A DNA stretch of 63,092 nt, counting the filler, from Deltaproteobacteria bacterium (GTDB taxonomy: Bacteria > JAEEML01): assembly GCA_016283195.1 (NCBI GenBank). It is 6 parts of 6 records of this genome, joined end to end, with 100 filler letters (N's around TTAATTAATTAA, not from the genome) between each part and the next. Parts side by side here need not be neighbours in the genome. Positions count along the whole stretch, not along the records: positions 54,425 to 63,092 come from JAEEML010000120.1; 5 more parts are not named here. One strand, given 5' to 3'. The translations under genes were made by a program, and so were the position numbers. The notes below the pieces were generated by a model. That model was not told the origin of the DNA and ran no database searches. It saw nothing but the letters and a program-made list of their open reading frames with translations. Position 1 is the stretch's first letter, and the number at the start of each line of letters is the position of its first letter. This document shows, piece by piece, positions 57,133-63,092 of the stretch.

Positions 57133-58590
57133 TTATTCGTAATCTTTAAGACAGCGTACTGAGTAGCCGTATGCTTTATTGCCAAAGCCCGTACCGGCTA
57201 GTGTGTCAAGAATGCGCAGGTCGTATGCGCAAGTTGAAGAGCAGCCGCTCCCAGTATAATCTGTCTTAGACCAGAAGCGGGCATACGAGCCAAATTCGTA
57301 ATAAGCACCATCTGAGTAGGCGCCGGCCGGGAGAACTCCAAAGCCATAGGTATCTTGTCCTTGATTCCAGCTTTGGGCCCGCAGGTTTTTTGATGATGAA
57401 ATGCCGTCGCCAACATCCTTCAAAAGGGTCTCAAATTCTGCTTTTGTCGGCAAATGCCATCCCTTAGGGCAGACTTTCATGGCCTCTTGCCAGGTGTATA
57501 AGCAGCCATAATTTTTAATAAATTCCGGATCTCCATCGGGAGCTTTTTGGGTATTGGCATAGCAAGTAATGGTGCTACCGTCATTACCGATAGTGCCATA
57601 CATATTTTTTGCTGTCCATGTTTTGCCATTTATAACTACTGTATCTATATCGCAATTTTGGCCAAGCTTGTTGTTTTTGCACTCATCACAATTGGCACCC
57701 GTCATGAGTGAGTTCTTGCACTCATCGCAGCTATCCCCGGTCATCAGCGAATTCTTGCACTCGTCGCAATTGGCCCCGGTCATCAGCGAATTCTTGCACT
57801 CGTCGCAATTAGCCCCGGTCATCAGCGAGTTCTTGCACTCGTCGCAGTTAGCCCCGGTCATCAGCGAATTCTTGCACTCATCGCAATTAGCCCCGGTCAT
57901 CAGCGAGTTCTTGCACTCGTCGCAGTTAGCCCCGGTCATCAGCGAGTTCTTGCACTCATCGCAGCTATCCCCGGTCATGAGCTGATTTACGCACTGGTCG
58001 CAATTATTACCGGTAAATGCCGCGGCGCACTCATTGCAATCTTCACCGGCCCAGCCTCTTTGACAGCTATTAGCTTTACAATGGCCAGTACCGGGATCCA
58101 GCTCGCCATGTTGGGCGTTACATTTTATAGGTTTATCGCAGTCATCACCAACAAAATTTTCCTCGCAGATGCAGCCAAAACCATCGGTGCCGTCATCACA
58201 AAAGTGCTGCCCGTCATCTTCGCAAGCGCATTCATTTTGGCAATTTTTGCCAAAAAAGCCGCCATCACAATCTCTGCACAAGCCGTCACCATCTTTACCA
58301 TCGTTGCAAGCCCCGTTTTCCGTGCAGGTGCAAGGCTTACAATCTTTGCCAAAGAAGCCTGCTAAACACTCATCACAATTTTTGCCGCTTTTGCCGGCCG
58401 GGCAATTCTGTTGAGTATCGGTATCGGCATCGGTTTTGCCGTCCGGCCCTTTGTCCGTTTTACCGTCTTGCGGCTTGGCTTCCTGTGGCTTTGTCTCTTG
58501 TTGGGTCTCTTTCGGGTGGTCATTTTTACCACAGCCGGCCAAAGAAAAGGTCAAAACGGCTAACAGGGCAACATACTTTAAATAGTGCAT
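57133..58590 (-). CDS. Lipoprotein with EGF/laminin-like Cys repeats and a C-terminal FISUMP domain
   Basis: Lipobox LAGC; C..G..G.NC repeats; INGKTWTAKN...YGCLYTW..A..VCPKGWHLPT..EF...GYSVRCLKD. Confidence 0.85.
   Translation of the reverse strand: MHYLKYVALLAVLTFSLAGCGKNDHPKETQQETKPQEAKPQDGKTDKGPDGKTDADTDTQQNCPAGKSGKNCDECLAGFFGKDCKPCTCTENGACNDGKDGDGLCRDCDGGFFGKNCQNECACEDDGQHFCDDGTDGFGCICEENFVGDDCDKPIKCNAQHGELDPGTGHCKANSCQRGWAGEDCNECAAAFTGNNCDQCVNQLMTGDSCDECKNSLMTGANCDECKNSLMTGANCDECKNSLMTGANCDECKNSLMTGANCDECKNSLMTGANCDECKNSLMTGDSCDECKNSLMTGANCDECKNNKLGQNCDIDTVVINGKTWTAKNMYGTIGNDGSTITCYANTQKAPDGDPEFIKNYGCLYTWQEAMKVCPKGWHLPTKAEFETLLKDVGDGISSSKNLRAQSWNQGQDTYGFGVLPAGAYSDGAYYEFGSYARFWSKTDYTGSGCSSTCAYDLRILDTLAGTGFGNKAYGYSVRCLKDYE
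57678..58002 (-). repeat. In-frame 39-bp tandem repeat (CDECKNSLMTGAN/DS, 7 units plus degenerate flanks)
   Basis: Contiguous near-identical units with no unique spacers. Confidence 0.92.
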
Positions 58591-58642
58591 AATTTTACTC
58601 CTCACGTTTAAGCTCATAAAATGACAACCTTATCCTTTGAAT

Positions 58643-58669
58643 AAAAAAAAAGAGGCCCGAAGGCCTCTT
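58643..58669 (-). terminator. Rho-independent terminator after tRNA-Leu
   Basis: AAGAGGCC-TTCG-GGCCTCTT followed by a T run on the minus strand. Confidence 0.85.
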
Positions 58670-58681
58670 GATATTAGAAAG

Positions 58682-58769
58682 TGGTGCGGCGGAAAGGATT
58701 TGAACCTTCATGGGAGTTACCCCACCAGCACCTCAAGCTGGCGCGTCTACCAGGTTCCGCCACCGCCGC
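58682..58769 (-). tRNA. tRNA-Leu(GAG)
   Basis: GCGGCGG acceptor stem, CCAGC-TTGAGGT-GCTGG anticodon arm, long variable arm, GGTTCAAATCC, encoded CCA; 88 nt. Confidence 0.96.
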
Positions 58770-58924
58770 ACGAGGTGAGTCTCTATTAGCAGGGTAATAA
58801 GAACTTGTCAATTAAGATATTGAAGGTTTTTTAAAAAAGTGTCATTTTTTATTTCCCCATTGCTTTTTAAAGAGCGTGGCTATAGTAAATTGAATGTGAA
58901 AATTACCCGGCGGAGGGAGTTTAA

Positions 58925-60760
58925 GTGCAGAAAATTAAAATAAATTTTACCGGAAGCTTGCTTTTTTGCTTTTCTCTGGCGGCTATGCCGCTTTTGACGG
59001 CTTGTCCGCCGCCTCCGGGGCCGGTGATTGCTTTGCCGCCCGGTAGTGACCCTAAAACTCCCGATGGTAATTCCGATACCAAGACCGGTGAGATTAAGGA
59101 AAAACAGCCAAACGGCGGCGAAGAAGGCCAGACACAGCCGGATACCCAGACCCAGCCAGGTGGAGACGAGCCTTTGGGGCAAAATGGCCAGCTTTCTTCC
59201 GCAGACCGCTTTGCCGAGCTTTTGCAGAGCTATGATAAAGCAACAAGCGGTGAAAAAGAGAGTTTGGCCGAGCAGCTGGTGGAATTTGTCGATAGCGAAC
59301 TGGCGAGCAATGAGCTCAGAAAACATTACGAAGAGCAAAAAGAGAGCGGGCGCAAAGGTTTTCCCATGGGCCTTTTGGGCTTTAAACTGGCCAAAACGCT
59401 CTACCACATTCGCGATTACGAGCAGGCCGAACAAGTAGCTAAAGATTTGCCGACTTTAGCGCCGGAAGATAGCTGGAGCGCGCGCGGAGCCGAAGTTATA
59501 GCCATGATTGAAGCGCGGCTCACTACCAACAAAAAGGCTGTTGGGGTACTTTTGCCTCTTTCGGGCCGTCACAAACTTTATGGCGAAAAGGCTCTGGCCG
59601 CTATTCAGATTCTCTTTGCCGCTTATCCCGATATTAAATTGGTGATAGAAGACTCGGCCGGTGATCCGGTTGTGGCCGCTGCTGCTGTGGAAAAAATGGT
59701 TTTAAATGACCATGTAATCGCCATCATCGGACCGCTCACCAATCAGCCCAGCCGCCAGGCTGCGCAAAAAGCCGATGAACTGGAGGTGCCCATTATTCTT
59801 TTGGCTTTCCAGGAAGGCTTGCCGGAAATCGGCCCATTTGTCTTTAGAAATGCTCTAACGGCCGCGCAGCAAGCCAAGGCTATTGGTGATTTGGCTTTTA
59901 ACCGTTTGGGTTATAACCGCTTTGCCATTTTGCACCCGCGCACCTCTTTTGGCCGCAATATTGCTTACTCATTTTGGGACGAAATAGATGCTCACGATGG
60001 CGAAGTGCGGGCTATAGAGAGCTATCCGGCCGATGAATCAAACTTTCAGCCCTATATTAAAAAGATGGTGGGCCGCTATTATGTAGATGCCCGCAGTGAG
60101 TACTGGACAGAATTTTATGCCATAAAAGCCCAAAAACTGCCGGCTCACCGCGAATCGGCACTTTTGGAAAAAGCTGTGCGGGCGCTCCCGCCGGTGATTG
60201 ATTTTGATGCTATTTTTATTCCCGATTACAATAAGCCCATTGGCCTTATTGCCCCGGCTCTGGCTTTTGAGGATATTATTTTAACCAGAGATAAAAAGGA
60301 ACTTGAGCGCATAAGAAAAGCCACTGGTCGCCATAATTTAAAGCCGGTGACTCTCTTTGGCAACAGTCAGTGGAACAGCCCGGAAACGGTGCGCCGTGGC
60401 CAGCGCAATGTGGAAAATGCCATTTTTGTTGACAATTTTTACCTCGAAAATCCCGATAAAATTGTTTTGGATTTTGTGCAAAGCTTTAGAAATTTGCAAC
60501 ACACCGATCCGGGCAATACTGAGGCCCAAGCCTATGACAGCGCCGCATATCTCGCAGATATAATTACCAAAAAAGCGCCAGGCAGCCGGGCGGAAATGCG
60601 TGAAGAAATGGTAAATTACCAAAACTTTAAAGGCGTGACCGGTTTAAAAGGCTTTGACAAAGATGGTGAGGGCAAGCGGGAACTCTTTTATTTTGTGATT
60701 AAAAATCAGGCTATAAAACTGCTCGACGATGAAGATCTCCCGCCGCCCAAAGGTCAATAA
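58925..60760 (+). CDS. LpoA/LppC-like penicillin-binding protein activator lipoprotein
   Basis: Lipobox LTAC; TPR-like helices; VGVLLPLSG...IIGPL...FDAIFIPD...AQAYD...F.GVTG. Confidence 0.78.
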   Translation: MQKIKINFTGSLLFCFSLAAMPLLTACPPPPGPVIALPPGSDPKTPDGNSDTKTGEIKEKQPNGGEEGQTQPDTQTQPGGDEPLGQNGQLSSADRFAELLQSYDKATSGEKESLAEQLVEFVDSELASNELRKHYEEQKESGRKGFPMGLLGFKLAKTLYHIRDYEQAEQVAKDLPTLAPEDSWSARGAEVIAMIEARLTTNKKAVGVLLPLSGRHKLYGEKALAAIQILFAAYPDIKLVIEDSAGDPVVAAAAVEKMVLNDHVIAIIGPLTNQPSRQAAQKADELEVPIILLAFQEGLPEIGPFVFRNALTAAQQAKAIGDLAFNRLGYNRFAILHPRTSFGRNIAYSFWDEIDAHDGEVRAIESYPADESNFQPYIKKMVGRYYVDARSEYWTEFYAIKAQKLPAHRESALLEKAVRALPPVIDFDAIFIPDYNKPIGLIAPALAFEDIILTRDKKELERIRKATGRHNLKPVTLFGNSQWNSPETVRRGQRNVENAIFVDNFYLENPDKIVLDFVQSFRNLQHTDPGNTEAQAYDSAAYLADIITKKAPGSRAEMREEMVNYQNFKGVTGLKGFDKDGEGKRELFYFVIKNQAIKLLDDEDLPPPKGQ

Positions 60761-60861
60761 GGCGGGGGCTTTTGCGCGATTTTTCTTGGTTATCAGCCTT
60801 GCTCTGAGCCAAACAATAAAGTAAGAGGAAAAAGGCAGCCTAATTGCCGAAAGGTTTTTTT

Positions 60862-63092
60862 ATGCACAATATAAACCGCATAGTTTATGGTAATGGCCTA
60901 ACGCTCATTCATCAAGAGGTAAATGTCGCACCGGTTGTGGCTTTAATGGTATGGGTAAAGGCCGGTTCGGCAGTGGAAAAGCCCGCAGAATTTGGCATTG
61001 CCCACATGTGCGAACACATGGTTTTTAAAGGCACCATGCGGCGCGGGGTAGGGGAGATTAGCCATTTAGCCGAAAATGCCGGCGGCGATATGAATGCTTG
61101 GACTTCCTATGACGAAACGGTTTTTCACATAACTTTGCCTGTTGCCCAAGCTGAACTGGGAGTGGATCTCTTATCCGATATGGTGCTCAATCCGCGCCTT
61201 GATAGCGCCGAGCTTGATCGCGAGAGCGAGGTTATTCTGGAGGAGCTGCGCCGCGGTGAAGACAGCCCCTTTCAGGTGCTTTCCAATGAGCTTTTCGGCA
61301 TTTCTTATGGCGATGAGCCTTATGGCCATCAGATTCTCGGCACCGAGAAGACAATTAAAGCGCAAACTTCTGAGACTCTGCGCTCTTTTATAAAAGAGCA
61401 TTATATTCCGCAAAATCTTATTGTGACTATGGTGGGTGATTTGCCTCTAAAAGAGGCCCAAAGGCTTGTGGCCAAATACTTCCCGCTTAAAGCGCCGGAA
61501 AATGGCGAAGCGGCTGAGCCCGCTCCCTTGGCTCCGGTTACAGAGGCGCTAAAACCTAAAAAGCCGCAACTTAAAATTATTCAGTCGGAAAAGCAAGAGA
61601 GCCATTTGGCCATTTCTTGGAGCATTCCCAGCTTTTTGCATCAGGATATGCCGGCATTAGACCTTTTAGCCACTATTTTGGGGGGCTCCTCATCCAGCCG
61701 TCTGCCCCTCTATTTGCGCGATAATTTGCAAATTGTGCACGGCATTGAGGCTTATGCCTTTACCCCGGAAAAGCGGGGCATTTTTATGGTTACGGCTTCC
61801 CTCGAAGCGGCGCATATAGCAGAGACACTCAGCAAAGTGCGGGAAGAGGTGGCCCGCCTAAGCCAAGAGCCAATAGACATCGCCGAGCTTAATAAAGCCC
61901 GCTTTATGCTAAAGAGCATAGCTTTGCAACAAGCCGAGACAGTGCAGGATTTAGCCAAGAATTATGCCGGTAATGAACAGCTGAGCGGTAATCCGGATGA
62001 GGATCAGCGCTATAACAACCGCCTGGATATGGTGACACCGGCCGAACTTATGCGCGTGGCCCGCCGCTATTTAAATGTGCCTTTGACGGCTGTTATTATG
62101 GCCCCCAAAGGGGCGGAGCTGCCTATAAAGAGCGTTTTATTAAAAAATCTGCTGCCGGTAGAAAATAATAGCCCCAAAGTGAACACTACCAGAACTCTTA
62201 CCAAAGATGAGCATGGCTGGTATCATTATGATTTGCCGACAGGCGGCCACATTGTAGCCCAGCTTGATGACCATGTGCCGCTGGTTTCCTGCTCTATCGC
62301 TTACCCCGGTGGTCAGCGCTATGAAACGGCTGAAACAGCCGGTATAGATAGCTTTTTGGCTGCTCTCTTTTCTTTTTCCACCAAGAAGCGTTCGCGGGAA
62401 AAGATGGTAGCCGCTCTCGATAACGCGGCAGCTACCATAAGCGGTTTTTCCGGTCGCAATTCGCTTGGCATTAACGGCTCATTCTTAGCTGCCAATGTGG
62501 AGCAGACTTTACCGCTCATGCTGGAGGCTCTCTTTTGCCCAGCCTTTAAGAAAAGCGAAATAGGGCTTATTAAGCATCTGACTCTGGAGCGTATTAGCAC
62601 CAAAGGAGATAGGCCTTCCGCTCTTTGCCGCGATCTTCTTTTAAAAGGACTTTACGGCGAAAAACACCCCTTTGGTCAGCCGGCAGGCGGCACATTGGCC
62701 AGTGTCAAAGCTATCGCCAATAAAAATGTATTGGCCGAGCGCCATCGGCGCATGATTTTGGCCGGTAAGCCGGTTATTGCTCTTTGCGGCCTCTTTGACC
62801 CTGAGCTAATGGCGGAAATAATAGCCGATTATTATGGCCAATATGCTCTAAAATCTGAAGAATTGCCGGCTGATGTGGCGGTTTTACCGCTGGAAAGCTC
62901 ACATATTCTGGCAGAAAAGCTGGAAAAAGAACAGGTGCATCTCTCCCTGGGCTTTTTGGCGCCCAATTTTTATGCGCCCAAAGAGCGCTGGGCTCTTACT
63001 CTTTTGGAGGCCATTTTAAATGGCCAGAGCGGCCGCCTTTTTACCAAATTGCGCGATGAAGAAAGTCTGGCCTATGCTTTAAGTTCTTCTTA
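60862..63092 (+). CDS. M16 (pitrilysin/insulinase) zinc peptidase, runs off the window end
   Basis: Not in the ORF track: ATG at 60862, GIAHMCEHMVFKGT (HxxEH), NAWTSYDET, E.EVILEE, and second-half SGRLFTKLRDEESLAY. Confidence 0.92.
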   Translation, partial: MHNINRIVYGNGLTLIHQEVNVAPVVALMVWVKAGSAVEKPAEFGIAHMCEHMVFKGTMRRGVGEISHLAENAGGDMNAWTSYDETVFHITLPVAQAELGVDLLSDMVLNPRLDSAELDRESEVILEELRRGEDSPFQVLSNELFGISYGDEPYGHQILGTEKTIKAQTSETLRSFIKEHYIPQNLIVTMVGDLPLKEAQRLVAKYFPLKAPENGEAAEPAPLAPVTEALKPKKPQLKIIQSEKQESHLAISWSIPSFLHQDMPALDLLATILGGSSSSRLPLYLRDNLQIVHGIEAYAFTPEKRGIFMVTASLEAAHIAETLSKVREEVARLSQEPIDIAELNKARFMLKSIALQQAETVQDLAKNYAGNEQLSGNPDEDQRYNNRLDMVTPAELMRVARRYLNVPLTAVIMAPKGAELPIKSVLLKNLLPVENNSPKVNTTRTLTKDEHGWYHYDLPTGGHIVAQLDDHVPLVSCSIAYPGGQRYETAETAGIDSFLAALFSFSTKKRSREKMVAALDNAAATISGFSGRNSLGINGSFLAANVEQTLPLMLEALFCPAFKKSEIGLIKHLTLERISTKGDRPSALCRDLLLKGLYGEKHPFGQPAGGTLASVKAIANKNVLAERHRRMILAGKPVIALCGLFDPELMAEIIADYYGQYALKSEELPADVAVLPLESSHILAEKLEKEQVHLSLGFLAPNFYAPKERWALTLLEAILNGQSGRLFTKLRDEESLAYALSSS

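Noticed and set aside
57678-58002. 39-bp repeats (and the 15-bp repeats at 17275) as CRISPR arrays
   Set aside because: Contiguous in-frame coding repeats with no unique spacers and no cas genes.

Overview
The window is six draft contigs joined by 100-nt artificial linkers (N44-TTAATTAATTAA-N44), so gene order across linkers means nothing. The gene content suggests an anaerobic, probably gut-associated Myxococcota/Deltaproteobacteria-like bacterium (inference). Myxobacterial-style Cys-rich, TSP3, lamin-tail and Ig lipoproteins, an MshEN protein and an LpoA-like protein occur alongside an [FeFe]-hydrogenase, a pyruvate:ferredoxin oxidoreductase subunit and a FISUMP-domain protein. Housekeeping genes include coaD, rsmD, serS, ihfA, aqpZ, xerD, lon, prmA, a DEAH helicase, the tmRNA 3' end and tRNA-Leu(GAG). 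The strongest candidate for an undescribed system is the minus-strand operon at 1-3590. It encodes a JAB/MPN+ peptidase, a CysO-like ubiquitin-fold/E1/rhodanese fusion with an internal Gly-Gly, a Family 2A encapsulin shell and a cargo-type cysteine desulfurase, behind a tandem palindromic operator. This would be a ubiquitin-like sulfur relay coupled to a sulfur-storing nanocompartment. Other points of note: a mini type II KS/CLF/ACP cluster with a fused KS-CLF, a stand-alone GltD-fused [FeFe]-hydrogenase, a lysozyme-like effector candidate behind a sigma28-like promoter, a mosaic fibre adhesin, two inserts flanked by duplicated gene 3' ends, and an M16 peptidase whose two halves join two contigs. 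All family assignments come from recognised motifs; no database search was run.
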